From assembly GCF_001194135.2 (NCBI RefSeq), contig NC_068988.1, forward strand, positions 76,424,792 to 76,457,366: 32,575 nt of DNA. The letters are read 5' to 3'. Below the pieces are notes generated by a model. That model worked only from the letters and a program-made list of their open reading frames with translations. It did no database searches and was not told where the DNA came from. The stretch is from Octopus bimaculoides (lineage: Eukaryota). Of the stretch, positions 1 to 12,350 are shown piece by piece. Position 1 is the stretch's first letter. Every line of letters starts with the position of its first letter. The translations under genes and the position numbers were made by a program.

Positions 1-1905
1 GAAAAAAATAAGAAAGGGGTATAGAGCCCTTTCTCCTTTTACATTACCTTTTTTCCTACAGGTGTATTCTCAGAATTGGTCCGTTTTTACTGGCCATTCT
101 TCCAACAGTCACCCATCTTTCAACAAATTTGCTATGAGACAGCACTTCCCTCTCTACTCTCATCTTCCTTTTCAAGTGGAACTTGAAAGAGTTGATGAGG
201 CCTTGGCCAAAGAGGAAAGTGTCTGACTTTAGCCCTTTCAAACAGGTCCACCATACCACCTCTTTCGCTACAGCCACTAGGAATAGGAAAATTGCCTTGC
301 CCTCCCGGTTAAAGGAGGTTGGCAGGTCAATCCTCATGATGGATTCAGCTGATAGCCGGATCCGTCCTACACGTGACAGTAGCTGTTCGACATAAACCCA
401 CAGGTCAGCAATGCTCAGGCACTGGACGAGTGCGTGCAGAACNNNNNNNNNNGGTCAGCAATGCTCAGGCACTGGACGAGTGCGTGCAGAACGGTTTCGT
501 CGTCCTGAGCGCACCTCGGGCAGGCCCGGCTGACGGCACTTCCGTGCCGGTAGAGTTTATCTCGGTAGCACTGCCAGGCGAGGGACCTTTGGAAATAATC
601 CATGGTCCCCGGCCCGAAAGTTCTCCCGAACAGACTGTTTAACTGAATCTTCGACGCCTAGAGTTTCCCCGAGAACGTCGTCGCACTTTTCCTCCACTAA
701 CCCTCTATAGAACGCTAGAGTGGAGCTACTACCTATCGCACTGCCCGCCTGACTTAGGGCGGTGAGAGCTTGGCGGCACTCTAGGTGCCAAACGCCCTTT
801 CTCGGTCTACGTTTGATCCAGGATTGCAGCTCTGTTAAAGAAACGAGCTGCAGAAAATCGCATCTGACGAACGGCGACCACACCAGTTCACCGTCCAGGA
901 AACGTTTGAGATGTCGTAGCCTGAGCGCATGTTTGCGCATCAGCAACCACAGCATGCCAAGGCCTCCGTTCAGCGGCTGATGANNNNNNNNNNACGTCGT
1001 CGGCATAGGCAGACACGCTCCTCCCACATCCCAGATCGCGCGGGACACCCCTCAAAGCCTCCAACTTCCGCAGTAATGGCTCGAGAGTCAATACATACAG
1101 AAGGGAGGAGAGAGGACATCCTTGGCGAACCGAACGCGAGATGTTGAACGGTTCCGATAGATGGCCGTTCACCCGTATGACCGAGCAGATGCCGATGTAT
1201 AAAGCAGCTATCCACCCGCGGAAGACCGGATCGAAGCCAGCTGCCTTGAGAACAGCTGCCAGGTATCGATGGTTGACTCTATCGAAGGCTTTAGACTGAT
1301 CTAAATTGATCAAAGCCCCACCCGCGCCAGCTTCGTTACCCCACCCTCTCTACGATGTAGCGCATGAGATGGAGGTTGTCGTGGATAGACCTGGTCGGCA
1401 CGGCGCATGTCTGCGCCGTGCCGATCAGTTTGCCCACGACAAGCGCCAATCTCTAGGCTAGCACCTTGGCCAAGATCTTCAACTCTGCATTGAGCAGAGT
1501 GATGGGCCTAAAGTTCCCTATAATGTCCCCCTTGTTTGGGTCTTTTCTTAGCAAAGCCACCACTCCTCNNNNNNNNNNNNNNNNNNNNNNNNNNNNNNNN
1601 NNNNNNNNNNNNNNNNNNNNNNNNNNNNNNNNNNNNNNNNNNNNNNNNNNNNNNNNNNNNNNNNNNNNNNNNNNNNNNNNNNNNNNNNNNNNNNNNNNNN
1701 NNNNNNNNNNNNNNNNNNNNNNNNNNNNNNNNNNNNNNNNNNNNNNNNNNNNNNNNNNNNNNNGCACGTAAGGCAGACCATCCACACCCGGCGATCTACC
1801 TCTCGTGCAGCTTTTCATCGCTTCCTGTACTTCCCAGGCAGATATGGGTCCTTCGCAGCACTCGGCTTCGCTGGTCGAGAGTTGCGGCAGGCCGTCTAGG
1901 TACAA
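1..1905 (-). mobile_element. 5'-truncated non-LTR retrotransposon, L1/Tx1-like; disrupted ORF2 (RT, C-terminal Zn motif) plus start of 3' UTR
   Basis: Minus-strand RT motifs in order: SPGVDGLPY, NFRPITLLNAELKILAKVLA, LDQSKAFDRV, VRQGCPLS, SAYADD. Then CPRC...ETVLHALVQC, with the ORF stop at 56. Frameshift near 1453. Homology ends abruptly at a poly(T/A) tract near 1905. Confidence 0.9.
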
Positions 1906-2769
1906 ATTTTTTTTCTTTGAAAAAAGAAAACAAAAGAAACATTCCAAAAGAAAAAGAAATTCAAAAATCCAGCAAGGTGAACATCTCTTCCTCCTACTAT
2001 TTCCAAAGACTGGAATATCTACAATTTCCTGTGAATATTTTAAAAATCTCCCTCAAAATAAAATAAGTTAGGAAACTTACATACCTACAGCTTTCGAACA
2101 CACAAACGATCAGCTTTGAAAAAAAAAGAAAAAACCTTTAATATCTAGAACTAATGTGTGACGATTTATCCTTTCCTCTCTCCCTGAGTATTCGAAAATG
2201 TAAGCATCATCCTTCTTTTTATTCTAAGCACACTACAATTTTTCTCTGTGCAGTCATACAAAAGACCATATTTAGTAACTCTTAAAACTTTACTATCTAC
2301 TACTTGTTTTCTTTTCTTTTTGACTCTCCCTGGGTGTCCGAAAATGTAAACATCCTTTTCATTGCAAAAGTCCTACTGTATTCTCCAACTGGACAGACAA
2401 ACAAACATCTCAAGAAAACTTTAAAATACATAAACACACCTTTTATTGCAACAACACAATTGATTTCAGAAATACAAAAATTCAGCAACGTAAATATCAG
2501 AATATATGTGTGTGTCTATGTATGTATATATATTTATTATTATATTATTATTATTGTTTTTTTTCTACCGGTAATTACAAATAGAACAGGTTGAATTGCA
2601 CTCCCAGTAACCACTGGCATTAGTAAACACATTTGACCTCTGCTGACCTAAAGGGTTCGAAGAGTCCTTTGTCTCTATGGCTGACCTCCTCACCATCTGC
2701 CGAATCTATTTATAGACCTGTAGAATATGATCTATTCACCAAACTGCTACCCAACTTTTCCCTAAAACA

Positions 2770-3030
2770 ATGGTGGTGGGGGTGATGGTGATAATGATAA
2801 AAACAAAAATAATAATGATATGCTGCAGCTGCTAATACTAAATACTACTAACACTAAATTAACACCACAATTACTACTACTATTATGATAGCACAGGTAT
2901 CTGAGGCCCAAGTACCACCCTTACCGCTACCCCCACCCACGCTACTGTTGCTGGTGCTGCAACCACTGCTGCTACTACACATAAAAACAAAAATATCAGT
3001 GATATCAGTGATGATAATGATAATAACAAT
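2770..3030. repeat. Degenerate trinucleotide low-complexity tract (TGG/TAA/CTA/GAT)
   Basis: Runs such as tggtggtgg, ataatgata, ctactact and gctgctact. Confidence 0.75.
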
Positions 3031-3146
3031 GAAAGGAAATAAGTGGAGCCTCCTCTTCCTCATGAGCTGATTAATGATACATCTAGTGATGGTGTCACAA
3101 TAAAAACACTGGTAATTGCACAACCTGCTACCTCATATGAGCGGCA

Positions 3147-6100
3147 ATGAAAAAACAAAATATTGTGAATAACAGTGGTAACGAAACTGAAGCCAATGAT
3201 GGTAACAGTGTTACACCCGGTAGGCTCAGAGATTCTGGTCCGGCTCCAGCCTGTCGATATTCAGAAAGGGACCACTACACACAGCATAGATGGAGCAAAC
3301 AAATTAATGCTGTGGTCATAGAGTGTTACTACCTGAGCAGCTTGGCAGATGAAAATGGTACTCAAATTAGGGGTTACTGACAATGTATGTATGATCATGG
3401 AGAGAAAAGGGAGTGTTTCAACTCACGGAACAGACACTATGTGATCAAGCTAGAGCAATAAGGAAAAATTGTTGGTTCACAGAAGTAGAACTCGAAGCTA
3501 TCAAAAGACGGGTCATGGAAAATAGCAGCAGAGATAACAATGAAAATACAGTTCTTACTAACAAGAGTAATCCCATAGCACAGGAAAGCAGCAGTGGTAG
3601 TTTACTTGATGAGAGACATATAGATGATCTAAAAGAAGACAATAAAACTAATGGCAACATGACAGATGAACAAAAGGCAATCTACGACACAATAGAGACA
3701 AGACTACAGGAGAACAATAGCGACATTATTTGCAGCCTTAAAAAGATTGATCGATGGAAATTGAACCAAGAAACGAAAAATGTCAATGAAATTCTGAAAT
3801 GCATCAGAACAAACAACATCATATAAACAAATAATTTGATCAAGGTAGCAAGTATTGTTGTAGCAGAAAACGTGGGTGTTGATGTCAAGAAAAAGAAACA
3901 TAATGGAAGTGACAAAAGAAAAGATCCATGGTGGAAAAGAAGAATCCAGGCAGGGTTAGACATGCTCTCAAAGGAAATCTCTGTGTTAGACAGAAAAGAG
4001 AAAGGGGAGCTTAAAACCGAACAAAAATACAAGGCACTGAAAGAAAGTATAATATTGAAAGAAAGGGCCTGAAAGTAGTAGTGGAGGAACTGAAGCAGTG
4101 CCTCGTTGCAAAGAAAGCAAAGATGGTGAGATACGACCAAAGAATGAAGGGTTACCACCAGAATAGGTTATTCAGAGTAGATCAGAAGAGATTCTATAAA
4201 GAAATAAATGAAGAGTGTATAGATGAAAAGTTGATACCAGATAACATTGAAAGTCAATGGTTTTAGAGTGACATATGGAGCAAAGACAAGGAGCACAAGA
4301 AGGATGCTGAATGGTAGCAAGAACTGAAACAAATAGTAGTCTGTCCAAAACAGACAGAACTAGTCATTTCAGTTAGGGAATTGAAGGAAATCAGCAAAAA
4401 GATGAGCAGCTGGAAGGCCCCAGGACCAGATGGAATTCAAGGCTACTGGATCAAAAGATTTGGTGAATGTCATGCACAAATAGCTGCGCAACTCAACACT
4501 TTGTTAAATGCCGACCAAGGAACACCAGAGTGGTTGACATTGAGTAGGACAGTGCTGTCCCTGAAAAACATCTAAAGAGGCAATATGGTAGACAATTACA
4601 GGCTGATATCCTGTTTGCCACTTATGTGGAAGTTATTGACTGGAATACTTGCAGAGTCAATGTACGAACATCTGGAAAAAAATGGAGTCTTGCCACATGA
4701 GCAGAAGGGTTGCAAGCGTAAGTGCAGAGGTACCAAGGATCAAATCCTGATAGACAAAACTGTACACAGAGACTGCAAGAGGAGGAAAAGTAACTTAGCC
4801 ATGTCATGGATCGATTATCGTAAGGCGTACAATATGATCCCACATTCTTAGATTATGGAGTGTATGAACCTATTTGGTATTGCATCGAATGTTGAGCAAT
4901 TGCTTGGAAAAAGCATGGCGAATTGGAGGACGGACGTGACAGCATACATAAGTTTAGGGACAGTAAATATTAGGAAGGGTATCTTCCAAGGGGACTGCCT
5001 GTCCCCGCTGATCTTTGTACTGTGCTTGATACCACTAACACTGGTTCTGAGGAAAGCAAAAGCTGGGTATGTATTCAAAAGCCGCCAGAAAAAAGTCAAC
5101 CATTTGTTATTCATGGATGACCACAAACTTTATGGTAAAGATGAAGCCCAAGTCAGTTTCCTCGTTGACATGGTGTATACCTTCAGTGCGGATATCAGAA
5201 TGCAGTTCGGACTGAGAAAGTGTGGTGTGTTAGTATTGAAGAGAGGCAAGATCAAATGTATGGACGGGCTAACGATACCGTCGGGGGAGGTTATGAAGCA
5301 GATAGAAGAGATGGGGATACGGGAAATGGATAAATTGATGGAGAAAGAAATGACAGAAAAATTTAGGGTGGAGTACTTGCGCAGACTGAGGCTGATCCTT
5401 AAATGGAAATTAAATGGACGGAATAAGATCGAAGCTATCAATACCTGGGCGGTTTCACTCCTTAGATATGGAGCAGGGGTAATTGCATGGACAGTAGACG
5501 AACTAAACAGCTTAGACAGAGAGACAAGGAAGTTGCTAACTAGATATGGGTCACTCCACCCAAAACGTGACACAGACAGACTGTATGTACCAAGAAAAAG
5601 AGAGGGAAGAGGACTTATTGGATGTGAACACAGCATTAGAGCAGTAGAAAACAACATAGCATGGTATGTTAAACATGCCACAGAACCGCTATTATTAGAA
5701 GTAAGAAGGTCAGGCTTGCGATTGAAACTGAAAATAGGTGGGTAAAGAAAAGACTGCATGGTCAATTTCATGGTGTTGTTGAAGATAAGACAGATAGAGA
5801 AAAAAGAAGGCTGTGAATGACTAAAAGTGATTTAAAACTGGAAACGAAGGCTCTAATCTGTACTTCCCAAGAGCAAGCACTAAGAACAAACTACATAAAA
5901 TACAGAATAGACAACACAGCAGAAAGTGATAAGTGCAGAAGCTGTGGACAAAACGGTGAAACCATATGGCATATTACCAGCCAATGTATGCCACTAGCCC
6001 AGAAAGAATATAAGAGACACCACGACAATATAGCCAGGCTTGTCCATTGGACACTCTTCAACAAGTATGGACTTGACAGAGAAAAAAAATTGGTACAACC

Positions 6101-6504
6101 ACAAACCTGAAAGCATCGTCGAAAATAGAAATGCAAAGATCCTATGGGATTTTATGATTCAGTGCAACCATGAGATAGAGAATAGGAAGCCAGACATATT
6201 CTTAATTAAGAAAGAAAACAAACTATGCTGGATCATAGACATAGCATGCCCAACTGACAACAAGCTATGTGATAAGGAAGAAAGAAAAGTTGAGAGATAT
6301 GACAGGTTAGCTTGGGAAGTTAAGCAGTTGTGGTCGATGAAAAAGGTAGTAGTGGTACCAATAAATGTCAGAGCCCTGGGAACAGTGAGCAAAAATCTCG
6401 AGAAGTACGTGGAACAAATAGAGGCTGCCATAATGGTGGAGCACTTGCAGAAAACAGCACTGCTTGGAACCGCTCGAATACTCCGGAAGGTGCTCAAAAA
6501 ATAA
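3147..6504 (+). pseudogene. Single long ORF of R4-like family A, broken by many stops and frameshifts
   Basis: ORF-track fragments 3147-3380, 3413-3826, 3836-4072, 4081-4266, 4381-4575, 4585-4851, 4855-5745, 5817-6110 and 6040-6504 are collinear pieces of one protein. Confidence 0.88.
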
Positions 6505-6572
6505 GAGGTGTTACCTTAGTTTACTGGTAGTGAACAGCTGACATTGTAGTACATCTCCAGCTGTGCAAAGGC

Positions 6573-6573
6573 A

Positions 6574-6608
<35 letters not shown>

Positions 6609-6610
6609 AA
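6573..6610 (+). repeat. (AAT)n/(GAT) tail of R4-like family A
   Basis: aataataataataataataataatgataatgataataa directly after the short 3' UTR. Confidence 0.9.
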
Positions 6611-7435
6611 AATATGAAGTAGCATCTGTGGTCATAAAAAAATATCTGGATACCCCCTAAAACCCATTCAAGCAGGAGTATCACCACCCAAACAAACTAT
6701 GTGGATTAATAATATCCAGAAAAAATAGAAAATAAAAGAAAGGATCTGTCAATCCTTAATGAAGCTAATGGACAATCAATGCTACTAAGCAACAAGAGAA
6801 GGGAAATATGTAAATACAAAATTACAGAACAAGGTATACCTTAGGTAAAAGAACAGCTAAAGCAAGATATCCTTGCCAAAGCACAAAGAATCTATACGTA
6901 TGAGAAATGCAAATGCTTCTTCAAACAAAACAAGCAGTTCAAAAGATTCTACCAAAATCTAGGCAAAAATAAAATAGAGATAAATGCAGCACCACCAACA
7001 GAAGAAGTGGAAGAATTTTGAAAAGAAATATGGTCAGCGAAAAACAACCTCAGAAAAGATCTATCAAGATAACAAACACAGCCCATGAACAACTTTGACA
7101 CCTATAACAACAGAAAAGGTTACCCAAGAACTGCAAAAACTAAGCAACTAGAAGGCACCCAGTCATGACAGAATCCCCAATTTCTGGTTAAACTATCTTA
7201 CAGGAACACATGAAACGCTGGCTGAGAAATTTAATGAGATACTAGAAAAGCCAGAGACAATGCCTGAATGGCTCATGGAAGGGAAACGGAAAACTCACAA
7301 AACTACAGGCTGATAACTTGTCTCCCTACAATTTACAATGCCTTTACTGCAATAATAAATATCACAAAGAATGGGCAAAAATTTGGAAGAAAACAACCTG
7401 TTTCTGGAAGAGTAGAAAGCATGCTGTAAAGGCTC

Positions 7436-7518
7436 ATAAGATCGAAGCTATCAATACCTGGGCGGTTTCACTCCTTAGATATGGAGCAAGGGTAATCGCA
7501 TGGACAGTAGACGAACTA
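7436..7518 (+). other. 83-bp insertion copied from R4 family A (matches 5423-5505)
   Basis: Direct alignment gives 81/83 identity with 5423-5505, while the flanks belong to family B. Confidence 0.92.
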
Positions 7519-7799
7519 CTGATCAATAAAGCCATAACTGATGACAGCTGAAGAAAGAAAAAGGGTCTAAGTATTGCTTTGATTGATTATTGAAAGGCTT
7601 TTGATAGTATTCGCCATACACGCCTCCTAGAAACACTAGCTATGAACAAGGTAGCACCAATAATCCTAAAATATATAAAACATTCCATGAATAAATGGAA
7701 AAAAAAAGTGCTACAGCTCCAGACAAAAGAGGGACTCATAAAAACCTTTTGGTTTAATGGAAAATAAATAAAATTATGTCTGTGTGTATTATAAGACCA

Positions 7800-7975
7800 A
7801 TTGGTGTGCATGTATGAGCGTGTGTACATATGTGTTTGTGTGTGTGTATTCGTGTATGTTTGTGTATGGGTGCATATATTATATATATTACATCTATTTA
7901 TGCATAATATGGCATATGTATTATGGTATATGTATTATATATGTAGTCTATGTATTATGTATATGTAATGTCTGA
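7800..7975. repeat. Degenerate (TG)/(TA)/(TATG) microsatellite interrupting family B RT
   Basis: tgtgtgcatgtatg...tatgtattatgtatatg. Confidence 0.8.
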
Positions 7976-9620
7976 AGGATATCTCACTGGTTCACAAGGA
8001 AACAGAAATACCAAAATTACATTGTTTCTTTGTGGATGACTTAAAGATTTATGCAAAGAATATGCATGAGATGAAAAAGAGCCCTGACTTAGTTACAACA
8101 TCAAAGGATGTAGAGTTGGTGTTTGGTCAGGATAAATGTTGTTATATGGTTGTGAAAGGGGAAAACTGTTAACCAGACTAGTAACATCTGCATCAATGAT
8201 TTGACTGTTTCCCCTGTATCTGATGAGGAATGTTACAGGCATCTAGGGGTGGATGAAAATATATCTTACAATGGCACCTGTAACAAAACATGTATCACAA
8301 AAGAATATTACAACCAAATAAAAAAATTTGGACCACAGAACTCTCTGCATTCAATAAAACTGGCCCACACCACTGCATTCAATAAAACAGTACTCACACC
8401 GACATTTGGGCTGCGTGATTGGATGAGATCCGACCCATCGATGGGAAAACCCAAAAAATACTAACAAACACACATAATTTCCAAATAAACAGCGATGTAG
8501 ATTGCCTCTACCTAAAACGAAAACAAGGAGGAAGGGGCTTAACATTGATCCAAAATGCCTCTGAATGTCACATCATATCCCTTCAGCAACATCTTTTAAC
8601 CACCAAGTATTGAAGTGCATCCCTTGACCAAGTTTGCATACATGAGGCTGATAACATCATAAGACTTGGAAGGCAACTCCTAGAGCAACACTCTTTGTCT
8701 GATAACCTAGAATACATGCCCAAAGAAGTTGCACGACTCTACCACAACGTATCACCAGATGAAAGGATGAGCCTGTATGAGCAGAAGACTATGCTCCGTG
8801 ATGATTGTAACATCGATCATCAAAGCAGTTTATCATGGACCAATAGCCAGATTACTACCTCCCACTTTCAAGGGTATGCATTTGTAATCCAGGAACAGGT
8901 TATATCAACCAAGTACCTGATGCACAAAAGGGATAGAGATGCAGGTAAAGCCGTAAAGTGTGACAACCGATGCAGACTTTGTGGAGTTGACACTAAAGAT
9001 ATCACCCACATCATAAGCAGCTGTCTGAAAATGTCATCACAGTATTATCTACTGATGAGACATGATGTTGTAGCTAGGACACTCTGTAATGAAATCCATC
9101 AGAAGGATAATCCCTAGGACAAAGAAATAAGAACCCACAATATGGTAGAAGCCATAGCCACTCATAATAAAAAGGAATACTGGTGGAATGTCCCAGTGAA
9201 GACCTCAATAAAATGTATGCACAACAGGCCTGATATAATGATTTGGTATAGAGAAGAGAAACTGTGCACAGTTGTGGAATTTAGCTGCCCAGCGGATGTT
9301 AACATAAATCTGAAGATCAGTGAAAAAGAGAACACCTATGTTAAACTATTGATAAATCTGCAGTTACTCTATCCAGGTTACAAGTTCAGATTTATACCTG
9401 TAATTATTGGGACTCTGGGATATGTAACACACTGCCTAAATACCAATCTTGAGAAATTAGGCTTCTCAAAACCAGAAAGGAGAAAGCTAATGCGAAGATT
9501 ACAGATCCAATCCATCACTGTAACTGTAAAAATATGTATGTAAATATATATGAGCATGTCTAGATATGCAACTATATGCATGAGAATACATACATTAAAC
9601 AAAACATAAAAATCTGCACG

Positions 9621-9662
9621 TATACATACATACATACATACATACATACAAACATACATACA
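9621..9662 (+). repeat. (TACA)n microsatellite within the family B 3' UTR
   Basis: tatacatacatacatacatacatacataca. Confidence 0.9.
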
Positions 9663-11230
9663 AAAATACCTTGTTGTTGATGTTGAAATTCCAATATAGG
9701 AGCCTTGGATCTAGGTTAGAAACCAGTTCTTTCTCCATTGGCAAGAAATCTTGAAATAAAACGGAATAATGACATACACATACAGACACATATATATGTG
9801 TGTGTGCGTATATGTATGTGAATATATGTTAGCTAACTTTATATTTTCTTAACCCTGTGATCTTACATCTTCCTTTCTGCACATGAAGATATACAGGTGC
9901 GTACATTCATGTGCACACTTATGGGGATACTATAGTTGCACAATGATTGTGTGTACATGCACGTGGATATACGAATGCATAGTTTTACTGTTAAGTAGTA
10001 AGCCACCAATTTACCTCCAACTGCTATATTCCCCTAATGACAAGTAATTTTATCTCCCATCTACCTCTTCTCCTCCTAGCAAATTCACCTTACCTCCACT
10101 CTTAAGCATTCAACCTCTTCTTTTCTGTTTCTTCTCATTTCATTTCTAAATTTTTTCCTTTTCTTTTCTTTTTATTCTGTCTAAATGTATATGCATAGAT
10201 GCCACAATATATTCATTTATTATTGACATAGTAAAGTAACCCTAGCTTAATATTCACAATGACCTTCCTCAAAATTCAGTATAAATCTAACTGAAATTCC
10301 CTCGTCTTCCCCCTCTTTCTTTATTCTCGACTTATTTAGTGTATTGCACCATCCACCCTTCATACTAAATAGAAACAAATCTAGAATCTAGGGAACTGAT
10401 GAATATCTGTATTGACAAACAATGGTAATAAAATCAAAGTGAGTTTGTAGGTGTCAATAAGTAGATTCCCCTGAAAAGTGAATAATATTTTCACTTCTAT
10501 TTTATGACTTCACTGATAAAGGATTTTAGACTGAAAAGTCAAATATTCCTTTCTTTATAGAAGCAAAACTTATTGATGTCTACAAACTGTCATGTTTCAT
10601 CCCATCAGCTCTTCCCAGAAAAAGCAACTCGAGAGGATTCCCTACCAACCCATATTTTCTATACAGAGCTAAGCTGTTAAAGTTCCAACTGCACATTAAT
10701 CGCATTAACTTTAGCATTCACTTTTCCTAAGTAAACAGCAGTAATTCCTTATGAAATGTGAACCATGTGCATTCTTTTCATTGTTCTATATACTTTATTA
10801 CTAAATGATAGTTACCAGCTGCAAATACTGGAATAGCTGTTTCTAGAATAGGCAAGCTTGTGGATTATGATATTGAATAAGGATTCCATATGCCAAATAT
10901 TCAATCATTGGAGAGAAAGAAGTCAGAAAAATATAAAAATGAAGAAATATCCTCAATCAAGGATATTAGTTCTTCCAGTTTGTTGAAAAATGAAGGAGGG
11001 ATCAGAGTGAAATGTATGTGTCATATAGTTCAATGATCGAATAGACAGCAAAGTTATAGGTAAGATCCACTAGCAATTCCAAAAAGAATGTTTGATGTAA
11101 TCACAGCAAAGGATAATGGAAGTTAACAGTTTCATTTTTGAATAGAGACTAATCTATCTGTCTGTATATCTGCCTGTCTGCCTAGCTATCTATCATATAT
11201 AATAAATGATAGATAGATTATATATTATAT

Positions 11231-12350
11231 ATATGCTCCATTTAGAGGAGCAGCATTTTGCCAGCGTGTCTTCATTCTTGTACAAAGTTGGTCCTAATGT
11301 TGGAGTCGACTTTGCTCAAAATGTTTGAACTGAGGAGAAGCAAGACTGACTCTGCATTCTGATGCTTTGTTTTCCCAAGAAGAAAAGGGAATGTTGCATT
11401 GCTTCAGATTGTTTTTTAGCTTGTCTTTGAAGCATAAGAGTGGCCTTCCAACTAACCTGTTGGAATTGACCAAAGAGAAGTTGCTTTGGAATTCTGATAT
11501 CACTCATACATGAGAGCTGACCTGACCATATAAGCTATATTTTGATGAGGATGGCTTCAATACCTAGTATGTTACATTTTGTAAGTACCTCACTGTTATG
11601 AATATGGTCACTTGGTTTTATGTTGGAGATAATATATAAGTGTTGCATATGAAAAGTGTCAAGCTGGTTGATGTGCTTTCAGTACAGAGACCAAGATTCA
11701 ACACCATAAATCAATGTTGTCAAGACCACTGACTTGTATACATCGACTTTCACCTTCAATGATACATTGTGGCTGTTTCAAAGCCTGTGATAAAGCTTTC
11801 CAAAAGTGAAACTAGTCTTCCTGATTCTGGACTCAATTTCTTTATCCATCTTAGCATCATTAGACACAATGGAACCAAGATAAGTGATGGAGGAGACAGT
11901 TTTTAATGCTTTCCCATCAACATATACAGTAGGGGCAACAACGGGAAGACGGCCATGAATGGGCTGATCAACAATGCAGTTTACTTGATGCTGATGATCA
12001 AACCAAAAGCCTTTGATACATGTGAAAAGTTGTTTAGAATCCATTGCATCTCCTTAAAAATGTATGCTACAAGTGAACAACTGTCTGCAAAGAGCAAATC
12101 TTGAACTGCTTGCACCAAAGTTGTAGCTTTAGCTTTGAAGCACTGTTGGTTGAACAAGCCACCACCAATTCTGTACTAAAATCTTACTCTTTCTTTAACA
12201 TCCTGGAACATTGTTTCCAACATGACAGAGAAATACAAAGCAAATAGGAGTGATGCAAGAACACAGCCTCAGTTTGTCCCATTTGAGACTGTGAATGAAT
12301 TGGACACTCCCCCACTAGATCGATTTCTTAATTTTCTTGTGCAAGTTTGG
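11231..12350 (-). mobile_element. Decayed RTE-clade LINE fragment (RT C-terminal half to 3' end)
   Basis: Minus strand: SNSFTVSNGTN*GCVLASLLF (KQGCVLAP block), QDLLFADS (FADD block), TYLGSIVSNDAKMDKEIESRI, SDIRIPKQLLFG, GRPLLCFKDKLKNNLK. Confidence 0.82.

Larger units (their letters stand above)
3030..6610 (+). mobile_element. Near full-length, decayed R4/Dong-clade non-LTR retrotransposon (RT + CCHC finger + REL endonuclease), family A
   Basis: N-terminal WSKQINAVVIECYYLS...EQTLCDQARAIRKN. RT motifs [55 protein letters not shown]. Finger CRSC...HITSQC, REL motif RKPDI...IIDIACP, then an (AAT)n tail. Confidence 0.9.
6612..9780 (+). mobile_element. Second, divergent, 5'-truncated and heavily decayed R4-like REL retrotransposon (family B); may be two fragments joined at 7746-7975
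   Basis: EQLKQDILAKAQRI, KAPSHDRIPNFWL, NYRLITCLPTIY, KAFDSI, FFVDDLKIYA, CRLC...HIISSC, HNRPDI...VVEFSCP. The 3' UTR contains a (TACA)n run. The QGD block is missing and replaced by low-complexity DNA. Confidence 0.82.

Noticed and set aside
403-492. 40-bp tandem duplication around a 10-N gap (also 16376-16511 and 23766-23927)
   Set aside because: Each is an exact copy on both sides of a fixed 10-N gap, and removing one copy restores the reading frame. These are unmerged contig overlaps, not biology.
2300-2760. Possible host exons between the Tx1-like and R4 elements
   Set aside because: Candidate acceptors lead to early stops or lack a donor; no recognisable peptide
5130-5771. Long antisense ORFs opposite TE coding regions (also 3682-4158 and 16137-16829)
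   Set aside because: Shadow frames of retroelement ORFs with no recognisable motifs
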